Shown piece after piece: positions 29,525 to 38,693 of a stretch of DNA of 64,000 nt. Both the position numbers and the translations under genes were made by a program. The notes under the pieces are model-generated. The model made no database searches and was not told where the DNA came from. It was given only the letters and a program-made list of their open reading frames with translations. The DNA comes from Candidatus Multivorans sp. (GTDB lineage Bacteria; Acidobacteriota; Thermoanaerobaculia; Multivoradales; Multivoraceae), in the NCBI GenBank assembly GCA_965238135.1, contig OZ250177.1, positions 3,045,593 through 3,109,592 on the forward strand, written 5' to 3'. The first letter of the stretch is position 1, and each line of letters opens with the position of its first letter.

Positions 29525-31096
29525 TCAGTGCTTGAAGTGGCGGCGACCGGTCAGGAGCATGACGATGCCGTGCTCGTCGGCAGCCGCGATCACCTCGTCG
29601 TCGCGGACGGAGCCGCCGGGCTGGACGATCGCGGCCACTCCGGCCTCGGCCAGGGTGTCGACACCGTCGCGGAAGGGGAAGAAAGCGTCGGAGGCGGCCA
29701 CCGTGCCGGCAACGGCGAGCTGCGCCTTGTCGAGCGCGATCCGGCAGGAATCGACCCGACTCATCTGGCCGGCGCCGATGCCGACCGTCTGGTGTTCGTT
29801 GGTGACCACGATCGCGTTCGACTTCGTCGCCCGGCACACCCGCCAGGCGAAGTCGAGCGCCCGCAGTTGCGCCTCGTCGGGCTGCGCCCGGGTGGGACAG
29901 GTCCACTCCCGCGGGTCTTCCGGAGCGCTGTCGAGGTGTTGGGCGATGAAACCGCCGTCGACGGCTCGCAGCTCGTAGGCGCCGTCCGAAGCAGAGAAGG
30001 GCGGACACTCAAGCAGACGGAGGTTCTTCTTCCGTCCCAGCCGCTCGACCGCCGCCGGCTCGAAGGAGGGCGCCACAATGACCTCGACGAAGAGCTTCGC
30101 CATCGCCTCGGCCAAAGCCCCCGTAAAGGGCCGGTTGACGGCGATGATCGAGCCGAACGCGGAAACCGGATCGCAGGCCAGGGCCCGCTCGTAGGCCTCC
30201 ACGAGCGACGCGCCCGTGCCTACGCCGCACGGATTGTTGTGCTTGACGATGACCACTGCCGGATCGTCGTCAGCAGCACCGAACAGGGCCGACAGTTTCC
30301 GCGCGGCGTCCGCATCGAGCATGTTGTTCCAGGAGAGTTCCCGGCCCTGGAGTTGCCGGAAACCGCCCAGAACGCCGGCGCCGCCCACCTCCCGGTAAAC
30401 CGCCGCTCCCTGGTGCGGGTTCTCCCCGTAGCGCGGCGCCAGGACCTGCTCGAGTTCCAGCCGGACGGACTCCGGCAACGAACGGGATTCGTCATCGGCC
30501 GCCTCCGCCGCGCCGCCTTCCAGCCAGTCGGCGATCGCGGCGTCGTAGCTCTGGGTGTGCCGGAACGCCTTGAGCGCCAGTTCGCGCCGGAGCTCTTCGG
30601 ACAGGCCGCCCTCGGTCTGGAGCGCTTCGAGGATCCTCGGGTAGTCCGCCGGGTCCACGACGACCGCCACGTTGGCGAAGTTCTTGGCCGCGGCACGGAC
30701 CATGCTGGGGCCGCCGATATCGATCATCTCCACCGTGCCGTCGACGGTCGCATCCGGGGCCGCGGCAGCGGCAGCGAAGGCGTACAGGTTCACGGCCACC
30801 AGATCGATCGGCGGGATCTCATGCTGCTCCAGCTCCGCCCGATGTTCCGGCCGCCGCCGGTCGGCGAGGATGCCGCCGAAGATCCGGGGGTGCAGACTCT
30901 TGACCCGCCCATGGAGGATCTCGGGGTGTCCGGTCACTTCGGAGACCGCGGTGACGGCTACACCGTGTTCGGTGAGCTGCCGCGCCGTGCCGCCCGTCGA
31001 GACGATCTGGACACCCAGCTTCGCCAGTCCCGAGCCAAGTTCCTCAAGGCCCGCCTTGTCGAAGACCGAGACCAGTGCGCGGCGAACGGGGAGCAT
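29525..31096 (-). CDS. purH: Bifunctional AICAR transformylase/IMP cyclohydrolase
   Basis: RALVSVFDK, GRVKSLHP, IDIGGPSM, RYGENPHQ, KHNNPCG, SDAFFPF, RHFKH. Confidence 0.97.
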   Translation of the reverse strand: MLPVRRALVSVFDKAGLEELGSGLAKLGVQIVSTGGTARQLTEHGVAVTAVSEVTGHPEILHGRVKSLHPRIFGGILADRRRPEHRAELEQHEIPPIDLVAVNLYAFAAAAAAPDATVDGTVEMIDIGGPSMVRAAAKNFANVAVVVDPADYPRILEALQTEGGLSEELRRELALKAFRHTQSYDAAIADWLEGGAAEAADDESRSLPESVRLELEQVLAPRYGENPHQGAAVYREVGGAGVLGGFRQLQGRELSWNNMLDADAARKLSALFGAADDDPAVVIVKHNNPCGVGTGASLVEAYERALACDPVSAFGSIIAVNRPFTGALAEAMAKLFVEVIVAPSFEPAAVERLGRKKNLRLLECPPFSASDGAYELRAVDGGFIAQHLDSAPEDPREWTCPTRAQPDEAQLRALDFAWRVCRATKSNAIVVTNEHQTVGIGAGQMSRVDSCRIALDKAQLAVAGTVAASDAFFPFRDGVDTLAEAGVAAIVQPGGSVRDDEVIAAADEHGIVMLLTGRRHFKH

Positions 31097-31326
31097 CAGA
31101 GTCGGCGCAGCGTAACATGCACCGGTCGCTCTGAATCAGAAAGGCCGCGACCGTCGGGTGTCGGCAGTTCGAGCCGAGACGGCGCCGAACGGACCAGATC
31201 GAGATCGACCTGCACGGTCACGGGCGCCGCGACCGGGTCGATGCGCGCGGCCTCGGCGACTGGAGGTTCCACCGGTTCAGAGCCCAGCCTCAGCAGGCGC
31301 TGTCCTTGCGCCGTCTCAACTCCCAT
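31096..31326 (-). CDS. Small hypothetical protein, start uncertain
   Basis: Stop overlaps purH ATG (TGATG); the frame continues upstream into a hydrophobic stretch without a canonical start. Confidence 0.3.
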   Translation of the reverse strand: MGVETAQGQRLLRLGSEPVEPPVAEAARIDPVAAPVTVQVDLDLVRSAPSRLELPTPDGRGLSDSERPVHVTLRRL

Positions 31327-31558
31327 CGTCAGCAGGCTGATCGACGCGGCCGTAAGGGCGACCAGGAAGCCCGATCGCGAGCCCGCGCCGAAGCCTCTTC
31401 GGTCCGCGGGAAGGTGAGCAGATCTACGCTGGACGGCTCTTCTGGATTGTCGCGTGGTCCACTAATCTAGTCGTTCTGCACCCGGCGCTCCATTGACTGG
31501 CTCGCCGCATGCCTGTTAGAACCCGCTGCACTAGCGCCCTGCCGGGCGCGCGCGACTT

Positions 31559-31634
31559 GCCCAGGTAGCTCAGTCGGTAGAGCACCTGACTGAAAATCAG
31601 GGAGTCGGTGGTTCGAATCCGCCCCTGGGCACCA
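31559..31634 (+). tRNA. tRNA-Phe(GAA)
   Basis: GCCCAGG/CCTGGGC acceptor stem, anticodon GAA, GTTCGAATC, encoded CCA. Confidence 0.95.
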
Positions 31635-31817
31635 TCCGCGCCGCCCCGCAAACGGGAGCAGACGAGGCGGCTTCTGCGGCAGCAACCCTATTCCGCAGGA
31701 AATCCGCAACCGTCACCGACCCGACCGAATTCAAGGTTGCAAGGGTCAAGTCGCTGAGACTCAATCAGTTAGGACTCTCACGCCGGCATCGGCCCGAGGC
31801 CGTCCGCCGCCCTTCCC

Positions 31818-31847
31818 TTGACACGACCTTTAGGCGCCCTATACGTT
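31818..31847 (+). promoter_or_regulatory. Sigma70 promoter of the large ncRNA
   Basis: Perfect TTGACA at 31818, 18-nt spacer, TACGTT at 31842; predicted start near G31855. Confidence 0.75.
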
Positions 31848-31854
31848 GTTTCCC

Positions 31855-32710
31855 GGATAGGGACTGTGACCAAGGATCGCAACCCAATCCACCGGTCCAA
31901 GAGCCGAGACCCTCAGACCGGAGCTTGAGAAGGGCGAAAGTCACGTTCGCGTGGTGGGCGCACTTCAAGAGCGAGGGTCGGAAGGTCACGACTCGAGAGC
32001 CGGGCTCGGTGGCAGGAGCCACTTGGAGCCGGAGAAACCGAGGCGCAAGCCGAGGCAACCCTGACGACATGAAGCTCCAGCTAGCGAGTGGCTCCCGTAG
32101 CCGAAGGCTTCCCCGGGAGTGGCACCGAGAGGCGCAAGCCTCGTGGTGCCTAATCTAAGGGGAGGCGGCTTCAGGGGGGCGAACGGTCGGAAGTTGCCCG
32201 GCAGCAACGGAAGGCTGATCGCTAACTGAAGCGCTTCATCGGCGGACGCTTCGGGGGCTTCGTCGTGAGACCCGACCAGTCGAGCGACGAAGTACCCCCA
32301 AAGGCGAGAAGTCGACGGAGAGAGAGGCAGGGAGTCCCCGCGACGGCGGGCCGCAAAGTGATCGGTTCGGAGGCGCAAGCCGAGGAACCGGCCATGGCGG
32401 AACGACGGCGCGGACCTTTCGGCCACCCGAGCCGGAGGGTTGAATGCGAAGGCGCAAGCCGGAGCGGGAAACCCGAAGGCAAAGGGCGAACGAAGGGGAG
32501 TCCCGGCGAACCCGGACGGGGCTGGAGGGGCCGCAAGGTTCCACCGCCGGAGCCGCAAGGCAAGGGCGCCCAGGTCTGAACGGAAGGATCGGTGGCGCGC
32601 AAAGCGCTCCACGACCGGATGCCCGCCAAGCTGAAGGGTCGAGGAAACGCGAGCGAGGGATGAGAGACTTAAGGTCGGTTCGGGTGAGAACCCCGGAGCG
32701 GTCCCTATCC
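31855..32710 (+). ncRNA. Candidate large (~856 nt) highly structured non-coding RNA of unknown family
   Basis: 5' GGATAGGGAC (31855-64) pairs perfectly with 3' GTCCCTATCC (32701-10); nested long-range helices; many GNRA/UUCG-capped hairpins; promoter upstream, U-tract downstream; no credible ORF. Confidence 0.8.
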
Positions 32711-32719
32711 TCTTTTTTT
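32711..32719 (+). terminator. U-tract directly after the closing helix of the ncRNA (probable transcript end)
   Basis: TCTTTTTTT, a rare run in this GC-rich window. Confidence 0.55.
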
Positions 32720-33019
32720 GGCCCGCAGAACCTAGCACACTGACGCCGTAAGTGCAACCGTGCCAGGGATTTACGTCCCCTGACAAACACGCCGAGGCCC
32801 GGGTGCCGGAATGTTCGGCTCCCGCCCAGACGTTTTACCGCGAGAAGCCAGGGCCGGCCAGGACTCGGACACGCGATGCATCCGATGTTCCCTCAGAGCC
32901 AACGGACCGCCGAAATCGGTACCTGACGCTCCGTCGCTCCCCTGGCGCCAGTAGCTCCGCACAGTGATCCAGGCTTGGGTCCGCGCTTGCCATAGCAAGC
33001 GACGGCGCAAGTCAGGGGG

Positions 33020-33047
33020 GTCACGAACTGGTCACGCAACCGTCACG
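33020..33047 (+). promoter_or_regulatory. Three GTCACG direct repeats with 11-bp period (OmpR/PhoB-type operator)
   Basis: GTCACG at 33020, 33031 and 33042, upstream of a wHTH regulator. Confidence 0.5.
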
Positions 33048-33179
33048 CATCGCCCGGAATGCTCCGTGCGTAGTGTCCTTTTGTGTCCTCTAAAACCAGG
33101 GTCCCCAATTCGGAACACCACTTTCGGGGCTGGAAAACGCCAAACAACAGCTCACTCGTAGAAGTCCAAGGGCAAGCTC

Positions 33180-34130
33180 ATGCAGCGCGATAACGGCTCG
33201 TCGCACGAGGGACGCCTGGGCACGAAACGCGACCGCACCTTCCCTGCACGCCCTCGCCGGCTTGAGTTCGGCGAGTTCCGCCTCGATCCCGAGACCCTGG
33301 AACTCTCCGGCCTCGGGCGCACGGTACGGCTTCAGCCCCAGCCCGCCCGACTCCTCGAGTTACTGATCGCGCACCGTGGCGCAGTGGTCTCGCGGGAGGC
33401 CGTCCGCCGCCATCTCTGGCCCGACGAAGTCCACGTCGAGTACGACCAGAGCATGAACTCCTGCGTCAAGCGAATCCGGGTCGTACTTGGCGACAGCGCC
33501 GACACACCCGAGTACATCGAGACGCTGCCGCGCCTCGGGTACCGCTTCCTGAAGCCCGTGAGCGAAGTCAACGACGGCAACGAACCGATCCTCAGCAGGG
33601 GCGGCACCGCCCGGCGCTGGCGGTCAGGACCCGGCGCCGTGCTCGCCGCGCTCGGGGCGGCCCTCGGCATCGTCGCTACGGTCTTCGTCTGGCGCACGGT
33701 GGACTCGGGACCATCCACCGCGAGCGAACCGTCACGGCAGGTGCTGGCGGTCCTGCCCTTCTCGGCGGTGGAGACATGGTCCGGCGCCGAACCGTTCCGC
33801 CAAGGCCTGGCCCAGGAGCTCATCACGTCGCTCGGCCAGCAGGCGTCCGATCGGCTGGCGGTCGTCGCGTACGATGCCCGACCCTTCCCAAGCGCCGGCG
33901 GCGGAGCGACCGGGCTTTCAGCCGACTACCTGCTCGACGGTCGGGTTCAGCGGGAGCAGAATCGCCTCCGGGTCTGGGCCCGCCTGCTCCTGGCCGAGGA
34001 CGGAACCGTACTCTGGAGCGAGTCCTACGACGGCGCCGAGAGCGACATTCTCGTCTTCGAGGCGGAGGTGGGCTCACAGATCGCCAACGCGGTCCTCACC
34101 CGGTTGACGCAACTGGAACCGTACTCCTGA
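33180..34130 (+). CDS. CadC-like winged-helix regulator with TM helix and TolB-N-like domain
   Basis: FGEFRLD, LQPQPARLLELL, YIETLPRLGYRF, TM segment, LAVLPF, DYLLDGRV, LWSESYD. Confidence 0.85.
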   Translation: MQRDNGSSHEGRLGTKRDRTFPARPRRLEFGEFRLDPETLELSGLGRTVRLQPQPARLLELLIAHRGAVVSREAVRRHLWPDEVHVEYDQSMNSCVKRIRVVLGDSADTPEYIETLPRLGYRFLKPVSEVNDGNEPILSRGGTARRWRSGPGAVLAALGAALGIVATVFVWRTVDSGPSTASEPSRQVLAVLPFSAVETWSGAEPFRQGLAQELITSLGQQASDRLAVVAYDARPFPSAGGGATGLSADYLLDGRVQREQNRLRVWARLLLAEDGTVLWSESYDGAESDILVFEAEVGSQIANAVLTRLTQLEPYS

Positions 34131-34136
34131 CCGCAG

Positions 34137-34838
34137 CTACGGGGAGCGCCACGAACCCGGACGGCCGGGGAGCCCCCGAGCCGCTTCGAGTTCGTCGAGA
34201 AAGCGGCCGCGCGGGATCTCCTCGGCGCCGAGCCGGAGCAGATGCTCGGTGACCTGCTGGCAGTCCACGAACGCGTAGCCCCACCGTTCGAGGCAGTGAA
34301 CCAGATGAACCAGCGCGATCTTGGACGAGTTGGAGCGCCGGGCGAACATCGATTCGCCGAAGAACGCGCCGCCGATCGAGACCCCGTAGAGGCCGCCCAC
34401 CAACTCGCCGCCCTTGAGGCATTCGACCGAGTGAGCGTGGCCGAGCCGGTGCAGGCGCTCGAACGCGTCGATCAGCGGATCCGTGATCCAGCTCCCCTCC
34501 TGTCCGGGACGGGGGTTCTCGGCGCAGGCCGCAATGACCTCTCTGAAGCGCGTGTCGATCGTGACCTCGAACGGGTCGCGCCGGAGTTCGCGCCGCAAAC
34601 TGCGCGACATTCTGAACCGCTCCGGATAGAGCACCAGACGCGGATCGGGCGAGAACCACAGCATGGGCCCGTCTGGACCCAGCAGCGGCCAGGGGAAGAT
34701 GCCGGACCGGTAGGCGGCGAGCAGCCGCTCCGGCTCGAGGCCTCCACCCACCGCGAGCAGGCCGCTTGGATCCGCCAACCGCGGCGGAGGGAAGGCGATG
34801 CCGCGATCGTCGAGCCGGAAAGGTCCTCTCCGGTCCAT
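34137..34838 (-). CDS. aat: Leucyl/phenylalanyl-tRNA--protein transferase
   Basis: GLLAVGGGL, AYRSGIFPW, WFSPDPR, LVGGLYGV, FFGESMF. Confidence 0.95.
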   Translation of the reverse strand: MDRRGPFRLDDRGIAFPPPRLADPSGLLAVGGGLEPERLLAAYRSGIFPWPLLGPDGPMLWFSPDPRLVLYPERFRMSRSLRRELRRDPFEVTIDTRFREVIAACAENPRPGQEGSWITDPLIDAFERLHRLGHAHSVECLKGGELVGGLYGVSIGGAFFGESMFARRSNSSKIALVHLVHCLERWGYAFVDCQQVTEHLLRLGAEEIPRGRFLDELEAARGLPGRPGSWRSP

Positions 34839-34866
34839 CCAGCGCAGGTTACCTGTCTGCGCCGGA

Positions 34867-35949
34867 CTACACGTTGAACCGGAAGTGGACGACCTCGCCG
34901 TCCTGCACGCGGTACCCCTTGCCCTCCAGGCGCAGGGTCGCGCGTTCGCGGCAGACGGCCAGCGATCCGGCGTCGATCAATTCCTGCCACCCGGTCACCT
35001 CGGCGCGAATGAAGCCACGCTCAATGTCGGAATGAACGGCGCCCGCCGCGGTCACCGCCGCGCTGCCCCGGCGGATGGTCCAGGCGCGGACCTCGTCGTC
35101 GCCGACGGTGAAGAAGGAGATCAGCCCCAGCAGCTCGTAGCCCGCCTGCACCACCCGGACCGCACTCGGCTGGTCGAGTCCCGCTTCGGCCAGGAAGTCG
35201 CCCTGATCGGCCAGGTCGAGACGGGAGATCTCCTCTTCCAGGCAAGCGCTCACGGCAAGGAGTTTCATCCGAGCGCTCGATGACGAGCGCTCGGACTGGT
35301 TCGCGTGTGGCGCGGGGTCGCCCGCCACGTCCTCGTCGACATTCAGCACCACCAGCATCGGCTTTCGGGACAGGAGGCCGTAGCCACGCAGCCGCTTCTC
35401 GTCCTCCGCGTCGAGGTCCATGAGGCGCAGCGGCGTTTCCGCCTCGAGCGCCGGCAGAATGCGGTCCGACAGCATCGCGCGCTCGCGTTTCTCCAGGTCG
35501 GTGATGCCTCTCTTCTGCGCCTGATCGAGACGCTCCAATCGCCGCTCCACCACCTCGTAGTCCGCGAGAATCAGCTCCAGATCGATCGTGGCGATGTCGC
35601 GCTGCGGGTCGATGCGACCCGCCGGGTGCAGGAGTTCCGGGTCCTCGAAGGCGCGCACGACGTGGACCAGGGCGTCCATCATCCGCAGTTCAGCCAGGTC
35701 CAGGGTCTCTCCCCGGCCCCGGTCGATGCCGGGAACATCGACGCATCGGACCTGCGCCGGCACGTAGCGCCGCGGCTGGTAGAGATCCCGGAGCTTCTCC
35801 AGGCGCCGGTCCCGTACCTGGGCGATTCCAACGTTCGTCGTGTTCGAGGCCCGGAACTTGCCGGTCGCCTGCCGGGAGGCAGTGAGCGCATTGAACAGCG
35901 CCGTCTTGCCGGCCTTGGGCAGGCCCAGGATGCCGAGTTGCATGTTCAC
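34867..35949 (-). CDS. ychF: YchF/Obg-like ATPase
   Basis: GILGLPKAGKTALFNAL, LISFFTVG.DEVRAWT, HSDIERGFIRAEV, RLEGKGY..DG..FRFNV. Confidence 0.92.
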   Translation of the reverse strand: MNMQLGILGLPKAGKTALFNALTASRQATGKFRASNTTNVGIAQVRDRRLEKLRDLYQPRRYVPAQVRCVDVPGIDRGRGETLDLAELRMMDALVHVVRAFEDPELLHPAGRIDPQRDIATIDLELILADYEVVERRLERLDQAQKRGITDLEKRERAMLSDRILPALEAETPLRLMDLDAEDEKRLRGYGLLSRKPMLVVLNVDEDVAGDPAPHANQSERSSSSARMKLLAVSACLEEEISRLDLADQGDFLAEAGLDQPSAVRVVQAGYELLGLISFFTVGDDEVRAWTIRRGSAAVTAAGAVHSDIERGFIRAEVTGWQELIDAGSLAVCRERATLRLEGKGYRVQDGEVVHFRFNV

Positions 35950-35958
35950 TCCCCTGGC

Positions 35959-37125
35959 TCAGAGACCAGCGCCGAAGTTCGCCGCGAGGATGGCCAGATC
36001 CTCGCCGTCCACCTGGCCGCTGCCGTCGAAATCGGCATCGGCGTCGAAGCGGCGCGACCTCGAGGCCGCCCCGAAGGCGAGACCCAGGAATACCAGATCC
36101 CGGCCGTCCACGCGACCGTCCCGATCGATGTCCCCCCGCGGCAGGACGGCCCCCTCGACCAGGAAGCGGCCCACCATGCGGTCGTAAACGTTGCCCTCGG
36201 CATCGCCGGCGCGCAAGGACAGCGTCACCGCGCCGTCGAGTGGCGCCGCCGGCGAGAAACGCCACCGCAGCCAACGTCCGTCGTCGCTGACGCCAGGCGC
36301 CGCCGCCGGCGAGCCATCGACCGTGAGCACCACGGAACCTGTGTCGATGGCGCTGCCGAAGTCCCGCACCTCGACCTCCAGGGCAGTCGCGGGCGGAATC
36401 TCCTCGGCGCCGTGTGCCGGGACTACCCGTGTCGGGACAGGCGGCGCCGCGTCCGTGGCCTGGAGCACGTCGGCGAAGACCGAGGCGAGGAGGTCGTAGC
36501 CGGCGCCGTTCGGGTGCCCGACGGGATCCTCGATGCCGGCGTAGTAGAACGCGTGGAACAGGCGCTTCCGCGTACTGAAGAGCTCGAACGGATCGACCAG
36601 GCCGCGGCCTCGAATCGCCGCCAGCCGCCGGATCGACTGCACCAGATCCTGGTTCTGCCAGTTGTTCGGATCGAAACGGGCATTCGGCAAGCGGGGAATC
36701 AGGGTGGCGTGGTACGGCGTCCGGCCGGCGGCGGCCGCTCGGGCGGCCATCCGGTCCAGGTTGAACAGCGTGGTCTCCGGCGAAATGCCGCGGCTGATGT
36801 CGTTCGTGCCCTCCATCAGCAACAGGCAGTCCCCCGGCTCCGCCAGCACGCCGTCGATGCGGGCCAGACCTTCCGGCGTCCTCTCGCCGCCGACGCCCCG
36901 GTTGTCGACCACCAGGCCGGGCGCCAGAGCTTGGAGACGGGGCGGATAGCCGGCCTCGGCGCGCCCCGGATCGTCACCGGCACCGGCCGTAATGCTGTCG
37001 CCGAAGGCCTTGCAATGACTCGGTGTCTGGGCACCCGCGACCGCGCCCAGAGCGAGCAGCGCGGCGCCGAGTGCGGCGGCCCGCGGGACTGTTCCGAGGC
37101 GCCCGGAGAAGCGGTTGGCAGTCAA
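35959..37125 (-). CDS. Secreted SGNH/GDSL hydrolase with Ig-like and dockerin-like domains
   Basis: Signal peptide, FGDSITAG, MEGTND, GHPNGAGY, paired GDIDRDGRVDGRD / DFDGSGQVDGEDL. Confidence 0.8.
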   Translation of the reverse strand: MTANRFSGRLGTVPRAAALGAALLALGAVAGAQTPSHCKAFGDSITAGAGDDPGRAEAGYPPRLQALAPGLVVDNRGVGGERTPEGLARIDGVLAEPGDCLLLMEGTNDISRGISPETTLFNLDRMAARAAAAGRTPYHATLIPRLPNARFDPNNWQNQDLVQSIRRLAAIRGRGLVDPFELFSTRKRLFHAFYYAGIEDPVGHPNGAGYDLLASVFADVLQATDAAPPVPTRVVPAHGAEEIPPATALEVEVRDFGSAIDTGSVVLTVDGSPAAAPGVSDDGRWLRWRFSPAAPLDGAVTLSLRAGDAEGNVYDRMVGRFLVEGAVLPRGDIDRDGRVDGRDLVFLGLAFGAASRSRRFDADADFDGSGQVDGEDLAILAANFGAGL

Positions 37126-37244
37126 GCCCGGAATGTTACAGGCGAGGATCGAGACCTTCCAACGGGTTCCCTCCAGCCGATCTATGTGCTATTCTGCATG
37201 TTTCTACGTTTCAGCGAGATCTCCACTGGCAAGGGAGAAATCCG

Positions 37245-38663
37245 ATGATGAAGCCGATCGGCAAACCAGGAGTGGCGGCAATGGCCCTCGCGACTCTTCT
37301 GGTCGGTTTGCCGGCTGCCCTGTTCGCACAGGACACGTCTTACGTGCTGATCGCGCACGACGACGAAGCCAAGGAAGTCCTGCTCAGCGTCCACAATCCG
37401 ACGGACAAGAGTCAGAGCTTCGACATTCTGCCCATCGCCTCCGGGACCAACGGCGCCCAGCGGCCCGAGCCGCCGATCAGCATGTCGGTTCCCGCCGGTC
37501 GCACAATGCAGTACAGCAACCTGGCCGGTGACGACCCCTCGATGGTCGAACTCGTCGCCCACGGCGAACTCACTTTCCAGGCCTACACGATGCCCACGGA
37601 CTCGAAGGGCAGGCGGGTGGGTCTGCGAGAGCAGGTCCCGATCGTCGACTCGGACAACATGGTCCCCGGCGGAACCTGGGCCTTCGTGTCCGGGATTCGG
37701 CGGGACAGCCGTGACCGCTCGGACTACGCGATCCTCAACCTGTCCCACACCAGCAACACCTGCGAACACAGGGTGCGCAGCCATGACGGCAACTGGGCCC
37801 TGGAATCCCGGGTCCTCAGCCACCTGCCGCTGTCCCTGACCTATGTCACCGATGTGCTGAAGGTGGTCGGCATCGATCTCGGCGATCACTACACGATCTC
37901 CACAAGCTGTGCCGACAACTTCTATGTCGCCGGACTGGTCGCCGATGACGATGCGGACCTGCTGACCGTCCTGCAACCATCCCAGGGCGGCGCCTCGGCG
38001 CTCCGACCGCCGGGCTACGGCGAGCCGCCGACACCGGACCCGGACCCGACACCGGACCCGGACCCGCCGGGCGATCCTCCGGTGTCCAATTCCTGCACCT
38101 CGGGCTGGGTGTGCATCGATCTCGAAGGCACCTTCCACCGCGCCACGAACGCCCAGCCCAGTTTCGAGCGGCGACTGAACACAGCGCCCGGCTCCTACCA
38201 ACGGGCGGTCTTCCGTTTCAAGGTCCATCACGGCGGCTGGAACCGGGTTTCGTCGCGCAACCAGAACCTGTTCTGGCTGGCGCGCGAGAAGCACGTCGAC
38301 CTGTTCGGGTTCGGCATCGCCAAGGGACCCGGCGGGCCGGCCCAGGTGTTCTACCGCACCGACTGGGGAATCAACCACGTCAACAAGCAGCGCGTGGCGA
38401 CGCCTCACCTGATGCGGCCCAACGAGACCTATGACGTCATGTTCGACTTCGACGCGGCAGGCGGCCAGATCGTCCTGTCCCTGACCGATTCGAGCGGCGC
38501 CGAGGTCATGCGTTCCGTTGGCCAGCCGAACATCTCCGCGATCCCCTTCGTGCCGGGGCAACGGATCGCGGTCGGCTTCGGCTTCCGCGGCGAGTACGAC
38601 AACGAACCGGCCCAGCCCGGCTGGGCCTGGTCGGACCTCCACGTCGAGCTCCTGCCTCAGTAA
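37245..38663 (+). CDS. Secreted hypothetical protein, two beta-rich regions joined by a Pro/Asp/Thr linker
   Basis: GGGAG RBS, signal peptide ending ALFA/Q, PTPDPDPTPDPDPP linker. Confidence 0.7.
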   Translation: MMKPIGKPGVAAMALATLLVGLPAALFAQDTSYVLIAHDDEAKEVLLSVHNPTDKSQSFDILPIASGTNGAQRPEPPISMSVPAGRTMQYSNLAGDDPSMVELVAHGELTFQAYTMPTDSKGRRVGLREQVPIVDSDNMVPGGTWAFVSGIRRDSRDRSDYAILNLSHTSNTCEHRVRSHDGNWALESRVLSHLPLSLTYVTDVLKVVGIDLGDHYTISTSCADNFYVAGLVADDDADLLTVLQPSQGGASALRPPGYGEPPTPDPDPTPDPDPPGDPPVSNSCTSGWVCIDLEGTFHRATNAQPSFERRLNTAPGSYQRAVFRFKVHHGGWNRVSSRNQNLFWLAREKHVDLFGFGIAKGPGGPAQVFYRTDWGINHVNKQRVATPHLMRPNETYDVMFDFDAAGGQIVLSLTDSSGAEVMRSVGQPNISAIPFVPGQRIAVGFGFRGEYDNEPAQPGWAWSDLHVELLPQ

Positions 38664-38693
38664 GGGGCGACCGTCCGCCATAAGGTAGCCGGC

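Noticed and set aside
31634-31780. Integrated element or att site at tRNA-Phe (includes an IHF-like AAGTCGCTGAGACTCAATCAGTTA)
   Set aside because: No integrase and no duplicated tRNA 3' end seen in the window; the motif match is weak.
31855-32710. Identification as RNase P RNA, tmRNA, rRNA fragment or group II intron
   Set aside because: GAGGAAAC at 32641 is not followed by the RNase P P4 consensus; there is no tRNA-like CCA end, no recognisable rRNA universal sequence, no GUGCG start or domain V, and no interrupted host gene.
31765-32790. ORFs overlapping the structured region (31986-32786 -, 32236-32790 -, 32222-32629 - and short + ORFs)
   Set aside because: No recognisable motifs or RBS, and their recurring peptides derive from the repeated hairpins. 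The promoter, paired ends and U-tract define a + strand RNA instead.
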